From Octopus vulgaris (taxonomy: Eukaryota), in assembly GCA_951406725.2 (NCBI GenBank), contig OX597839.1:2046001-2110000 (forward strand): 64,000 nucleotides of DNA, read 5' to 3'. The notes beneath the pieces are model-generated. The model saw only the letters and a program-made list of their open reading frames with translations. It searched no databases and was not told the DNA's origin. The stretch's first letter is position 1; the number at the start of each line of letters is the position of its first letter. The translations under genes and the position numbers were made by a program. Shown in pieces: positions 41,632 through 56,715 of this stretch.

Positions 41632-41753
41632 GTGACATTGGAGGATCTATGGGTCTTTTTCTTGGAGCTAGTGTTTTGACAATTTTCGAAATTGCCGAGT
41701 TTTTCTTTGGCCAGTCTTTGAGGGCTGCTTTCCAAGTCCAACGTTCAAGATAA
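41632..41753 (+). CDS. DEG/ENaC terminal coding exon: TM2/selectivity filter and short C-tail
   Basis: tttcag|GT...TAA; [40 protein letters not shown]. Confidence 0.93.
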
Positions 41754-41761
41754 TTACAATG

Positions 41762-41792
<31 letters not shown>

Positions 41793-42024
41793 CATACATA
41801 CACACATATATGAATACATGCATACATGCATATATGTATATATATACATGTGTATTTGCATGCATGTATACGTATGTATGTGAATATATATATATATATA
41901 TATATATTTAACAATTAAGGATAACTTCTTAATAAGGAATCTTAACAAGAAATTATCAGGTAGTTAGCGTGAAAAACCTCATAAGAGAAAAAATTCGAAA
42001 ATAATTTTTCACTTGAAAATATTA

Positions 42025-42368
42025 ATTTATATTGTATAGAGGGTATTATTACACATAAATGCCTCACGCTAAGAGGGACATAAGTCATTACTACCAAAAT
42101 TTAACTAATCATACCTAATGCAGTTTTCGAAGCAAGACATTTAAAAAAACTGAATTTAGTTCTATATCACCTGTGATTTCACAATTAACGCATCAAATAC
42201 GCATTTGATGCGTTAATTGTGAAATCACAGGTGATATAGAACTAAATTCAGTTTTTTTAAATGTCTTGCTTCGAAAACTGCATTAGGTATGATTAGTTAA
42301 ATTTTGGTAATAATGACTTATGTCCCTCTTAGCGTGAGGCATTTCTGTGTAATAATACCCTCTATACA

Positions 42369-42376
<8 letters not shown>
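42025..42376. repeat. Near-perfect palindrome, 174-bp arms, 4-nt loop
   Basis: 42025-42198 pairs with 42203-42376, loop acgc; 2 mismatches counted by eye. Confidence 0.95.
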
Positions 42377-42417
<41 letters not shown>

Positions 42418-42465
42418 CATGGCCACAGCTCATGAGCTGAAACTGGAAAAATCAAAATCAAAATC

Positions 42466-42498
<33 letters not shown>

Positions 42499-42505
42499 TA
42501 TACAC

Positions 42506-42548
<43 letters not shown>

Positions 42549-45147
42549 CAAGGATGTAAAGATATATGTACCGATATACATATACATATCTGTGTGTATA
42601 TGCATGTATGTGTGTTTGTATGTGTGTATACACATGCACACACATACACACACACACACGCACATATATACACATACATATCTATGTATAAGATGAAGAG
42701 GAAAAATAAATGAATAAAAGCAGAGTGAAAAGGAAAAGGCAGAGGAGCAGGAGCAGGAGGAAGAGGAAGAGGAAGAGGAGTAAGAGCTGGAATGAAAAAT
42801 GAGGGAAGATAAAAATACGCCGTGCTGTTTTTGATGAAGCATGAGTGTATATAAAGTTGCTCCTGCATGGCCAGAAATTGGCCGTAAAAGGCCAAAAAAA
42901 GCAAACCAAAAACAAAATCGACTTCAAACGAAGTTATCAAAGACTAAAACAATTTTGTGGTCAACATTTCTTGTTTATTGTTTTAAAATTTCTTGTGGAA
43001 TGATTTTTTTATACTGCTTCTGCTGTAGTTGTTGTTGTTGGTGTTGTATTTGTTATTGTTGTTTGTTGTTATAGCCTAGATCATCTTTAATTGAGCAGGT
43101 CTATAATTAAAGGGTAAAGGCATGTGATTTGGTGGTTTCAGAGTTGTACTCACAATTATGAAGCAGTGAGTTCGATTCTCTTGAGCAAGGTGCTTCATTT
43201 CACATTGCTTCAGCTGGATATGAATACCAGTATCTGCAATGGTGGTTAACCCTGTGATGGACTGGCGTCCTGTTCAGTAGGGAGGGCCATGAATCTTTTG
43301 CTCTCCATCACTTAAATGCTACGAAACTGGGATAAACTCTGGCCTAATGAACCTGTAGGTTTCAAACTTACTTTTAAATGATTAAATGCATTCCATACAT
43401 GACCCTCTCACCTTGTTAAAGTAGGGGTGGGGCACAATGAGTAATATTTACTGCATTTTAAACTTTGAGAAAAAGATATTTTTTACAAATATTCACTAGC
43501 TTTTACAAAACTAGATCAGCTAAACAAATGAGCTTCTCTGAATGCATTAAAAACTCTACAACATATTCAAAACACTATTTCAGAAAATTATTTCCATTTT
43601 CTTTGAGAATATAGAAGAAAAATTTAGCTGGGGTAAAATAAGGGTAAATTAGCTTCTTCAGTTCTCTAGAATTACATTTGGAAAAAGTCTTATACACATC
43701 CAATATCCATCCTTGAAGATCAGAAAGATTAGAAATACAACAAAAATTTTAAATATCTAAATCAAATGAAATAGGATCATTTTCATCTAGTTTCAGCTCA
43801 CAAGCTGTGGCCATGCTGGGGCACCGCCATTAAAAAATGAGTCATCTTCGGTTGAATTCGAACTCAGGTGGAAAAGGGGACAAAACTAACCAATAGAATA
43901 AGTACCAATAGAATAAGAATAGAAAAGGGGACAAACTTTCATGGATGTGAAATTAATAAAACTCATCTAAATTTTGAAACTAAACATAAAATATTCCCTA
44001 TAGCTTCTTCACAATCTGCTGGAGTGGTTCTCTTCCTGGCATGTTTATGCACCATACAGTTAAAGAGAAGAAATTGTTGAAATAAACTGACTCATTTTGC
44101 TTTGCTGCAAACATTTTTTTTTCTTAATTATCAAATTAGACATCAGTGTAGGAAGAGAACGACTTGGAATCCAATAGAGAATAGAATTTTGATTGTTAAA
44201 CACCAAAAATTATCCAGATATGTTATTAGCAACTTCAGTTACAATTGGGTCAGATTTGAGGAAAAACAGTACCTATCAGCTGACTGTTTTGAACCCTCAC
44301 AACAATGTTGACCAATTTTTACTTCGAAATAATTGCAATAATTTCAAACAAATAAAAGAAAAATTTTTTTTAGATACTCATTTTGCCCCACTTTCCCCAT
44401 TTTTCTTTTGTTCTGTCACACTATCCACTGCATTTCCTTCCTTTCCAAACGACAGTGGAAGTGTATAATTTCAGAGAGAGTTAACTGTTATTTCTAGGAT
44501 GTCGAATGATCACGTGGAGGTTCCCTCTACGATATTGTTGTTGTTGCTGTTGTTATTGTTGTTGTGTTTTTGTTCTTTTTGCTTTTTTAGTTTAAAACAA
44601 AATAAAAATTCTGAATAAAGAAATATAAAAAAAAAAAACACGTTAAATAAATAATATAAACAAATATTTACAAAGATGTTCTTATCTCTAATCTTTTATT
44701 ATTCGCTTATTTCAGTCATTGGATTGTGGCCATGCTGGGGTACTGCCTTGGAGTGCTTAGTTAAACAAACCAAACTCAATTCTTATATATTTTAAAAGCT
44801 TGGTAGTTATTCTATTGGTTCATTTTACCGAACTGCTAAGTTACAAGAATGTAAACAAACCAACACTGGTTGTCAAGCAGGTGGGGGTGGGGCAGCAATT
44901 GAAGCAAAGCCACACGTGTGCACACAAGCATATACAAAGATGTGCTGAAAAGGTCCTGGCTTTAGGCAAAAAAAATACAGGAGGATCAATTAATTCTGAT
45001 TTTATTCAAGAGATTCCCTTCTCAGATTCACACACTTATTGCAGCACTCTTTCAGTTTTTTGAAACCCTTAAAATGAACTCAGAAAGTTGGACCTCCAAC
45101 TGGGCCTTTCACAATATCCTTAAATCCAGGAACTTTTCATATATATA

Positions 45148-45822
45148 TCATCATCATCATCATCATCATCGTTTAACGTCCGCTTTCCATGCTAGCATGG
45201 GTTGGACGGTTCAACTGGGGTCTGGGAAGCCCGAAGGCTGCACCAGGCCAGTCAGATCTGGCAGTGTTTCTACAGCTGGATGCCCTTCCTAACGCCAACC
45301 ACTCCGTGAGTGTAGTGGGTGCTTTTTATGTGCCACCGACACAGGTGCCAGACAAGGCTGGCGAACGGCCACGCTCGGATGGTGTTTTTTACGTGCCACC
45401 AGCATGGAGGCCAGGCGAGGCTGGCATGGCCATGATCGGATGGTGTTTGTTACGTGCCACCAGCACGGAGGCCAGTCGATGCGGTACTGGCTACGGCCAC
45501 GTTCGGATGGTTTTCTTATGTACCACCGGCACTGGTACCACAAAACTACAAATTCCATTGATGTTCATCGATTTTGATTTGATTCTTTGATTTTTGATTT
45601 TTGATTTTCACTTGCCTCAACAGGTCTTCACAAGTAGAGTTATGTGTCCCAAGAAGGAAGGTATGCACAGGTGGACTGACTACGTCCCAGGTAGGGGCCA
45701 TGGGTTATGCCCTCACTTGTCCTGCCGGGTCTTATCGCGCACAGCATACTTCCAAAGGTCTCGGTCTCTGGTCATTTCCTCAGTGAGACCTAAAGAGCGA
45801 AGGTCGTTCTTCACCACCTCAT
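45148..45822 (-). mobile_element. RTE-like LINE 3' end with (GAT)n tail
   Basis: ORF end EVVKNDLRSLGLTEEMTRDRDLWKYAV; UTR motif ggatgcccttcctaacgccaacc. Shorter copies near 49190, 51490, 56720 and 58460. Confidence 0.8.
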
Positions 45823-46265
45823 CAGGCACAGGAGTAGCTGTGTGGTAAGTAGCTTGCTTACCAACCACATGGTTCCAGGTTCAGTCCCACTGCGTGGCAC
45901 TTGGGCAAGTGTCTTCAACTATAGCCTCTGGCTGACCAAAGCCTTGTGAGTGGATTTGTTAGACAGAAACTGAAAGAAAGCCGTCATATATATGTATGTG
46001 TGTGTATATGTTTGTGTGTCTGCGTTTGTCCCCCACAAACACACCAGCATATATAGGTGCAGGCATGGATGTGTGGTTAGGAAGTTTGCTTCCTGGCCAC
46101 ATGGTTTCAGGTTCAGTTCCACTGTGTGGCATCTTGAGCAGGTGTCTGTTGCTATAGCTTCAGTCCAACCAAGACCTTGTAATCGAATTTGGTAGGTTGA
46201 AGTTTCTGTCGTGTATACATGTGTGTGTAAATGCTTGTGACTCCTAACAGAAAGGAGGGAATGCA

Positions 46266-46355
46266 TATATATATACACACATATATATATATACACACAC
46301 ATATATATATACATATATATATACATATATACATTTACACATACATATATATATT

Positions 46356-46386
<31 letters not shown>

Positions 46387-46513
46387 TATACATATATATA
46401 TATATACATATATACATATATATATATATACATATATATATATACATATATACATATATATATACATATACACATATATATATACATATACACATATATA
46501 TATACATATAAAC

Positions 46514-46544
<31 letters not shown>

Positions 46545-46777
46545 TACATATATACATATATTTATATACATATATACATATACATATATACATTTATACA
46601 TATATACATATACATATATATATACATATATACATATATATATACATATATACATATATATATACATATATATATACATATATACATACATAAATACATA
46701 TATATATACATATATACATATATATACATATATATATACATATATATATATACATATATACATATATATATACATAT

Positions 46778-46848
<71 letters not shown>
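46266..46848. repeat. (TA)n/(TACATA)n microsatellite
   Basis: Direct observation. Similar tracts at 32486-32786, 50860-51292 and 56344-56722. Confidence 0.95.
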
Positions 46849-46850
<2 letters not shown>

Positions 46851-48261
46851 AAAATGAAGGAAAAGAGAATTAACAAAAACTTCTAGCAATGAAAAAATAT
46901 GTTCTGTGCCATCACTGTCATTCACAGAACAGGCAAAGGGTTAAGAGACATTGTATGAAAATTGTAAAGATAACTGAAGGATCTTTGTGTTTTTAAATAT
47001 TTTATTAGATAAAACCAAACACAAACAACACAGCAGTGTCACAGCTGTGAGGTTTTTAAGGGCCTGCAATGACAGATAAAGGTGTCTGGGTTTAGTATGT
47101 TGGTACAATAAAAATGATTTGTTTTTAACCATGGAACTTGAAGTAGATAAAGCTATAAACAATGATGTGTAAATATTGCATTAACCCCCCCCCCCTTTTG
47201 AATGGAAAGAGTTGAAAGCTGCCTGTGGGATTGAAACCCACATCTTCTATTTAACATGAGAAATGTTCAACAATTGGAACAAAGAAATCCTTCAGACATG
47301 AAGATGATTTGTTTCTGAGGAACTCGAAGTAGATAAAGCTATAAATAATAGCATGTGGAATATTGGATTGAAAAACCCTTTGGATAGGAAAAGTTGAAGG
47401 TCCCCCCCTCCACCACATCAGTACAGTAATTAACAATATGGAAGTCATCCAATTGTATAAAGCAGTGGTGCTTCCGGATAAATGCAAGACATGGCTAATA
47501 TATATAAAAATTAATGTGAATAACAAAAATCAGGTTTTAATATAAATATTTCATTTTTATAAGAAAGAAGCTATAATAAGCTATATGTACACCACCTCAA
47601 TAACATGGATTTCATCATCATCATCATCATCTAGTGTTTTAAATCCGGGTGTTTGTTCCCTTTAAGAGGGGTGGCTGGATCTACCTCAATGTCATAGCAA
47701 CCACCCTCACACCATCTTGTCATCTTGCCCCAGTTTTGGGCGTCCTCCCTTCTCAAGCCAAGCCTCCCAATCTCCTTCATCACCTGTCCCCTCCATGGAT
47801 TTGTTGTTTAAAATTAGGTACCAGGAATCACCGCTTTGTATAAAGACATATTTATCAGTAATATATATTTTTAAAAAAAAACCCGTTTACTATTGGAGCA
47901 AGGATAATCGATATATCTATATATAGGCAAATACAATGTCAAGTCTATTATAAAACTCATTGTTGGTACAATTAGGTAAAGTTATACAATTCTCTGTAAT
48001 CCAGGTAACCTAATTAATATTATCTGTCAGATGGTGTAAAGTTGGCAATAAATGTTTGAGAAAAATTCTATAGCTCACCCTAGAGCATATGATTTAATTA
48101 AATATATACAAAATGTATTTTTAGCAAGACTACAACATTTGTTACCAACATTTTACACCAGCAATTGATTCAATTCTGATTATTTACATATCATATATAC
48201 ATACATTCATACATATATATATGTATATATATATATATATATATAGGTAGATAGATAGATT

Positions 48262-48310
<49 letters not shown>

Positions 48311-49186
48311 GAAGAGAGATATATTTAGTGTTGACATTTCGAAAAAAAAGATTACTTGATACCTATTTCTTTACTACCCACAAGGGGCTAAACACAGAGG
48401 GGACAAACAAGGACAGACACACGGATTAAGTCAATTACATCGAACCCAGTGTGTAACTGGTACTTATTTAATCGACCCCAAAAGGATGAAAGGCAAAGTT
48501 GACCTCAGCGGAATTTGAACTCAGAACGTAGTGGCAGACAAAATACCACAAAGTATTTCACCCGGCATGCTAACGTCTCTGCCAGCTCACCGCCTTATAC
48601 TACTTGATACCATAGTAGAGATGTATATAATTTTTTTTTTTTTTTTGGTTGAGTCCCTCTTTTCCTACTCTGAGTTTCAAATGTAGGTACACAGGGTCAT
48701 CAGAGTAGCAAGAGAACGACTCAACTAACCTGAATAACTGTGATTGAAAGAGATCAAATGTCACTGTATGTGCACTGAAACCCGATGAGAATTAAATAAG
48801 TTGAAATTGTGATTGTTTGATTGTTCAGTTGTTAGCTACCATAAATACAGATTCAGTCCACCACAGTATTTCAGAGTTGTCGCCCCACCCCTGCCTTTAA
48901 AAAATTTTTTGGCCCAGAATCAGTCATTTGTAAAATGATTGTCTTCATTACTAAGGCTGTAATTTTAATCACTCAAAATTTCTTAGGTTTCCACATCAAA
49001 TATACTAGTGCCTACTCTACTGTTAAGTTTTCATGCAGCAAGCGTCCATGAGAATTTTTTCCCTTCAGTCATTCTTATAATTATGCGCGCGCACACGCAC
49101 ACACACACACACACATACAGATGTACATGAGCAAATTGGCTCAGGCAATAAAAATATTTCTAGTCATAGTACATTTAAATAAAGTT

Positions 49187-49219
<33 letters not shown>

Positions 49220-49534
49220 GTTTAACGTCCACTTTCCATGCTAGTATGGGTTGGACGATTTTGACTGAGGGCTGGTGAACCAGATGGCTACACCAGGTTC
49301 CAGTCCTGATCTGGCAGAGGGAGAGTTGTCTGCTATTTTGGGGGCAGGTTGGGTGACCATACAAACTTACATGTTACAACTTCCAACCCTTTTGTTATCT
49401 GAAATGGGTAAATTTAATGTACCAACAACACGCAGGTAATGACTTAGTGCTGTTGGTACGCAAAAACATGTGCATGTCCTACCAGCACACACATACTGAG
49501 GCAGTGTACTGGATAAAAAGCACACACACACACA

Positions 49535-49567
<33 letters not shown>

Positions 49568-50944
49568 TTGTAATAATGAAGCCAAACCAAACTGATATTT
49601 TGAAATCATTTAATATGTACATTTCAGGTTTATGTAACATAAAAGGAAATGCATCCATTACATAAACCGTCCTCAGTTAAAGCATTTCAAAATGTCATAT
49701 TCTGGTACTGTGAGCCATTTCAAAGCATAACATGAAATATATATATATATATATATATAGTTAAAAAATACACCAAAAGGTGCAACGCGTTACCAAAGGG
49801 TATGGGCTCACTGGGTCAGTTCTACACTCAACTCCTGTCCCCCGATGGGGTTAGACTGTCATCATAACACCAGACAGGCTGGAATACAGAGTCTGTGCAC
49901 CACATGTAGAAAAGAAACAGAAAACGTAGTTGCTATTAATGCTTTATATAATCCTTTCTACTATAGGCACAAGGCCTGAAATTTGTGGAGAGGAGGTAAG
50001 TTGATCAAACCAACCCCAGTACATGACTGGTATTGAATTTATCGACCCCCAAAAGGATGAAAGGCAAAGCCAACCTTGGCAGAATTTGAACTCAGAATGT
50101 AAAAATGGGCAAACTACCACTAAGCAGTTTGCCCAGCATGTTAATGATTCTGCCAGTTCACTGCCTTAATGCTTTACATAATATATATATATATATAATG
50201 TATATAAGTATATACATAAGCACAGGGCTTGGAAGTGTGGTTAAGAAGTTTGCTATGGAACTGGGAAATTTAGAGTTTAATCTCACTGTATGGACACTGT
50301 CAGCTGGTGTCATCTAGCATAACCACAAGCTGACCAGGACCAATGACCAGTGAGTGAAATTTGGTAAAAGGAGACTCAAAGAAGTTTGTTTTGTGTGTGT
50401 ATGTGTGTGTGTGTGTGTGTGTGCATTTGATGATAAGAGAATGAGGTGGGGCAGTGGGGAGGATATCTGACAAATTCCTCCAGAATGTAACTGGTGGTTA
50501 TTCTTGCTACCCTGCAGCAAAGCAGTATAAAATTGAGCCCAAAGCGATCAGGAGATGTCAGCTCAGAAGATAGATGTACCCAGATAGATGTTTTCAGAAT
50601 ATTTAGTCTGATTGTCTCTGTGACAAGTACTTTCACTCTAGTTTGTTTACTGATAATTCATAAATCAAGGAAATTTTCTGGATTGTAATAGAGAAATTTG
50701 ATTGCTTTTTTATTTATTATCTTGACCATTGCTAAATGTGGAAAAAAAAAAAAACAAGTAGAAAAGGCAGAAAGGCAAATGTGGTTCATTTTGTTAGTGT
50801 ATAACATGTGTGTGTATATATATACACAAATTGCTATATATATTGCACACACACACAAACACACACACACACACACATATACATATATTTATTCATATAT
50901 ATATACATATATATATATACATATATATACATATATATACATAC

Positions 50945-50999
<55 letters not shown>

Positions 51000-51097
51000 T
51001 ATACATACATTCTTTCCTTCTTTCCTGAGCGTCCAGTAATACTATATTTGTTCCACGTCCTCGCGCTGTGTTTTTTTGTGCTTTCTTGTTTGGATTA

Positions 51098-51137
<40 letters not shown>

Positions 51138-51140
51138 CAT

Positions 51141-51187
<47 letters not shown>

Positions 51188-51642
51188 CATACATATATGT
51201 ATATATACATATATATATATATACACATACATATATATATATATATACATACATATATATATACATATATATATACATATATATATATACATACAAATTG
51301 AGATAGGGGTTGTATGTTTATGTACATTCCTTTATGTACACTGATTTGTTCTGCTTTTTATATTTAACCCTACAGTCTCTTATGTGGTGGTTTAATAAAG
51401 TATGTAATTGAGTATTATCTGGTAATTGATATTTGATTTAGATGTATTTCTCCATTTTCTTATCTTGTATATATATACATATATATATCATCATCATCAT
51501 CATCGTTTAACGTCCGTTCTCCATGATAGCATGGGTTGGATGGTTCGACCGGAGATCTGGGAAGCCAGAAGGCTGCACCAGGCTCCAGTCTTATCTGGCA
51601 ATGTTTCTACAGCTGGATGCCCTTCCTAACGCCAACCACTCC

Positions 51643-51693
<51 letters not shown>

Positions 51694-51862
51694 TTTATGT
51701 ATATATATATAAGCATGTGTATATATATATATAAACACACACACACATGCATTCACTTATACATCAGTGGTCTAGGAATTTATAGTAATCAACATTTGAA
51801 ATTGTATCCAGTTCATTTGCACCAATCATGTTTGTCTGTAGAAATATCAGAACAAGAAAAAA

Positions 51863-51901
<39 letters not shown>

Positions 51902-52046
51902 AAGGGGCTTAAATGTTCCCCCAAATTATTTAACAATTTTGTAGTTGCAAACTCCAAATTAATGTTTTTACACTGAAGGGGACAGGACCATCCTTTGTGA
52001 GAAATAATTGAGGAAAATGAATGAGTAACAGTGTAAGCCAAGCTAA

Positions 52047-52308
52047 TATGGTAGTCCATAAATATAAGACTAAAGCTGCCGTTGATTAGCTCCAGCGACG
52101 CCTGCTGGGTCTGGCTACTCTGCATTGATAAAGGGCAAATACCCAGAAACATGTCTGCAGATGTCTGACCAGCAAGGGGAAGCGGCTGACCTCCCCTGTT
52201 TGAAGGTTATAATGGACACAGGTTCATGTGTCATATAGCTAGCTAGAGGCGATGGCCTCTTGGAGCTAATCAACGGCAGCTTTAGTCTTATATTTATGGA
52301 CTACCATA
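52047..52308. mobile_element. MITE with perfect 48-bp terminal inverted repeats
   Basis: tatggtagtccataaatataagactaaagctgccgttgattagctcca and its exact reverse complement. Confidence 0.85.
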
Positions 52309-53138
52309 CTAGATTGGCGATAACTATTAATATCCAGTACCGCTGCCGTACTCTCCTTTAGAGAGACTTAGAAATTTTAATATTTCTATTAGTGTAAGCA
52401 TGGCCATGTGGTTAAGAAGCTCACTTTGCATAGATCTTGCATGGGTTGGACAGCTTGACAGGAGCTGACCAGCTGAAGAGCTGTCTGGGCTCCAGTTTTC
52501 TCTTTTGGCATGGGTTTTAAGGTTGGATGCCCTTCCGAATGCCAACCACTTCACAGAAAGTAGTGGATGCTTTTTACATGGCACCAGTAAATTGAAAAGG
52601 GTCTCTCTCTCTCTCTAAAAAACAGAAAATTAATTACAAGGAACTTCGTTAACAATGAAAAGCAAAATTAACAAAAAAAATTTCAATGTAAGTAGATTGG
52701 TTACCATTGGTTACCATTGGTTTATTAAAATTTGTTGTGTTTTCAATAATTAATAATATAAAGGTTAAGATATAACAAAAAATTGCTTTGTATTAAATTA
52801 AATCAACAAAAATGAGAAAAATCTATAAAAATATGTCTAAGAATATCTTCCAGGTATATATATAAATATTTATACATATCACTATATAAATGCAATTGTA
52901 TGTGGTTGTGCATGTCTGTTTAGCCTTGAAAGGTTCTGAAATGGTGTTTCCTTGAGAAAAATGAATTTGATTTATGAAATCTGTGTCTCAAAGAGAAGGT
53001 CATCCATAAATAATAATCAAAAGTCATAATTTGCTATGAGAAATAACTTTTAGATCAATAACTCTTCCGCTCATTCTCTGTCACCATTATCTGTATCAAT
53101 CATTTAGAATATATACATACATGCATACATACATACAT

Positions 53139-53191
<53 letters not shown>

Positions 53192-53364
53192 TGCGTGCGT
53201 GCATGTACATATTTGCTTTTCTTTTTTTTTGTGGAATAACAAAGCGACCATTTGTTTCATGCAGAGAGAAAATTTCTCTGCAATTATCAAGCATGTTACA
53301 TGAAACCAATGGTAGCTTTGTCAACCCACAAGTGTAGAGCACTCATTCACACTGTTTTATATTA

Positions 53365-53399
<35 letters not shown>

Positions 53400-54163
53400 C
53401 ATACAATTTTAAATTTTTGTATTGGATATTTAAGGACACACAAAACAAAATAATGAAAGTGACCCAATTTGTGTAAAAAAACAAAATAAAACCCAATGGA
53501 ATTAATTCCTGTTTGGGTTTCAAAGTTTCTATCCCTTCGTTAATTAATTAATGATATGTATAAATTGATTAATTAGTTAGGATCTAATGAAAATGATTTA
53601 CTATCACAGATTGGAAGAATATCCCAGTCAGGATATAACAATCACAAATTTGTGCGTACTCGCTAAAATGTTCATGGTGTGTGTATGTGTGTGTGTGCAT
53701 GAATGTGCCTGTGTGTTTGCATGTGTTGTGTACATGTGAGTGTGTATGTATGTTTGTGTGTCTGTTTGTTGTATGTGTCTATGTGTGAGTGCATGTGTAT
53801 ACACATTGTGTGTGTGTGTGTGTGCAGGTTACGGCCACAACATGGTCAAACAGCTTAAAATGTTTACTCCACAATCACAAGTACCCATGTTATTTCTGAG
53901 TGATCAGCATCTTGGGCGAGGTTTTCAACCACAACTTATGGTCAACCCAAGTGAGTGAATCTGTGTAGATGGAAATGGTGAGGAAGACTGCTAAATGGGT
54001 TACACCTGAAATTTAAGGATGCTGCCTTAGTCACACACTCTGTCATGTTGATTCAACTTGAGAATACATTAAAAATGCATGTGCCTTTGGAATACTCAAC
54101 CACTTTTAAGCAAATTTACTTGATTGAATAACTGAATGCTCATTGTCAAAACCAATGGAGATC

Positions 54164-54199
<36 letters not shown>

Positions 54200-55616
54200 G
54201 CATGTGCATCAAGGCAGTAAGTTGGCAGTTTCCATCAATGCTGTTGTGATTATTATTATTATTATTATTACTATTATTATTATTATTTACTGGTAATCTG
54301 CATGTTTGTCACAATCACTTACCAAGACATGCTCAGTGCCATAGGGAAAGTGAAGGATAATAGATGCTACAGCATAACTGAAAGCTTGGGGAGAGGAAGT
54401 GACAGGGGCAGTAACGAAATATCTCCATATAATACAACACATACATTTAAATTGATAGGGTTATTCTAAGGATGTGGGCTGTACTTGTCAGCACAATCTT
54501 TTGGATTTCTCTGAGACATGTTTCTCCTGGGATGTTGTCTAGATGTTTCTGACATCCCTTATTATTATCATCATTATAATTATTAAGGAGGCAATAATGG
54601 TTTCAAATTTTGGCACAAGGCCAGCAATTTCGTGGGTGGGGGTAAGTAGATTACATTGAACTCACTACTCAACAGGTATTTGATAAAATAAGTACCAGTT
54701 GAGTTCCGGGGTCGATGTAATCAGCTTACCCTCACACCCAAAATTGCTGGCCTTGTGCCAAAATTTGAATCTATTATTAAGGTAGCAAGCTGGTAGAGTT
54801 GCTAGCATGCCAGACAAAATTCTTAGCAGAATGTTTATGTTGTGAGTTCAAGTTCTGCTAAGGTCAATCATCCTTTGTGCATCATCCTTTGAGGTCAACA
54901 AAATAAGTGCCAGTTGAGCTCTGGGGTTGATGTAATCAACAAGCCCCTTTCCTAAAATCTTTTAGGCCCAGTGTCTATATTAGAAGGATTATTATTATTT
55001 CCATTAATGTGGCAAGCTGGCAGAATCGTTAGAGTGCTGGGCAAAATGCTTAGCAGCATTTCTATCAGCTTTACATTCTGAGTTCAAATTCTGCCAAAGT
55101 TGATTTGGTCTTTCAACTTTTCGGGGCGGGTTAAATAAGTATCAGTTGAGCAATGGGGTTGATGTTATCCACAAACTCTCTAGCCACAAAATTTCAGGCC
55201 TTGTGCCTATAACAGAAAAAAAATGCATGTGCATGTGTGTGTGTGTGTATGATATGTGACTGGGGCTCAAGCATGGCCAGCATCATCTGTCATTAAGGGT
55301 ACTTTGGCAGATCTGACTTTGTTGCAAGCCAGGTCTCCAACTTAGGTTAGCTTCCTCTTACCAATCTTGGAAGCCCTATAAAAAAAGGTCATGACTGTTG
55401 CCTGTCTTCCTTTGCCAAAATCCCCAATTATTTTTCACGGTTCAAACCAATTAAAAAAAAAATTATTAGATCAAACGAAATTAAATAATGCTTTCTGCAT
55501 TTGTTTTTGACTTTGTGTGTGTGTGTGTCTGTTAGTTTATCAATCCATCTATATCAAAATCTCTCTCACATACACACCTCACACACATACACACAATGTC
55601 TACCCGTTTCCTGCCT

Positions 55617-55940
55617 CTAATCAGCTCTCTCATGGTGAAACACACCCTTCGGTTCCGGCTTTGCGACATACATCTTCCTCACACTGTTATTCATCATGAA
55701 GTCAACGGAATGATCAATGGGTTTCACAATGAAAGGGATACAACCAAGACCAACAAAAGTCGTGGTCCACCGACGAACACCGACCGGTAACGAAGCTGTC
55801 TTCTTCAGTAGGTAATTAGTACCGGCACATAATCGATTGATAGTAAATCCAGGAATTGCTACAGATGCCAGCCCTTGCCAAACAACTGTGTCTGCCATGG
55901 CTATCATGCGGTTCTTCGTAACATTTGATTCGTCAGATTT
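55617..55940 (-). CDS. MTFP1: Mitochondrial fission process protein 1 (MTP18), last coding exon
   Basis: ttttcag|AAA...TAG on - strand; KSDESNVTKNRMIAMADTVVWQGLASVAIPGFTINRLC...RRWTTTFVGLGCIPFIVKPIDHSVD matches MTFP1 motifs DTxxWQxLASVAIPGFTINR and IPFIxxPID. Confidence 0.95.
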   Translation of the reverse strand, partial: KSDESNVTKNRMIAMADTVVWQGLASVAIPGFTINRLCAGTNYLLKKTASLPVGVRRWTTTFVGLGCIPFIVKPIDHSVDFMMNNSVRKMYVAKPEPKGVFHHERAD

Positions 55941-56480
55941 CTGAAAATTAAATCAAAATTATTATAATCAAAAGCATAATATGGATATCAGATTAATTAC
56001 AAGATACAATTTAAGATAACTAGACTGTTATATTCTATTAGTCCGCAATCTTTGTACTAAGATGACAATATATGGGTTGAGAAATATTTCACTGCTATTT
56101 CTAGCAGACCAGTAACCACCTGCAGCAGGTTCAATCATGAGCTGAGTTTTAAAAAATGCTGCAGTAAGGAATTGAATAATTAAATGAGAAGAAGAGAATA
56201 TAACACACACACACACACACACACACATGTATGCATCTATTTATGTGTGTGTACATATATGTATATATATTTGTCGGGTCTTTGCAGTCACAGCATATCT
56301 CCAGAGAACTCGGTCTTTCATCATTGCCACTGTGAGGCCCAACATATATATATATACATATATATATATAATATATATATATATAAATATATATATACAT
56401 ATATATACATAATGCATACATACATATATACATCATACATACATACATATATACATAATACATACATACATATATACATA

Positions 56481-56517
<37 letters not shown>

Positions 56518-56585
56518 CATACATATATATATACACATACATATATATACATATACACATACATATATATACATATACACATACA

Positions 56586-56633
<48 letters not shown>

Positions 56634-56666
56634 TATATACATACATACATATATATATACACATAC

Positions 56667-56715
<49 letters not shown>

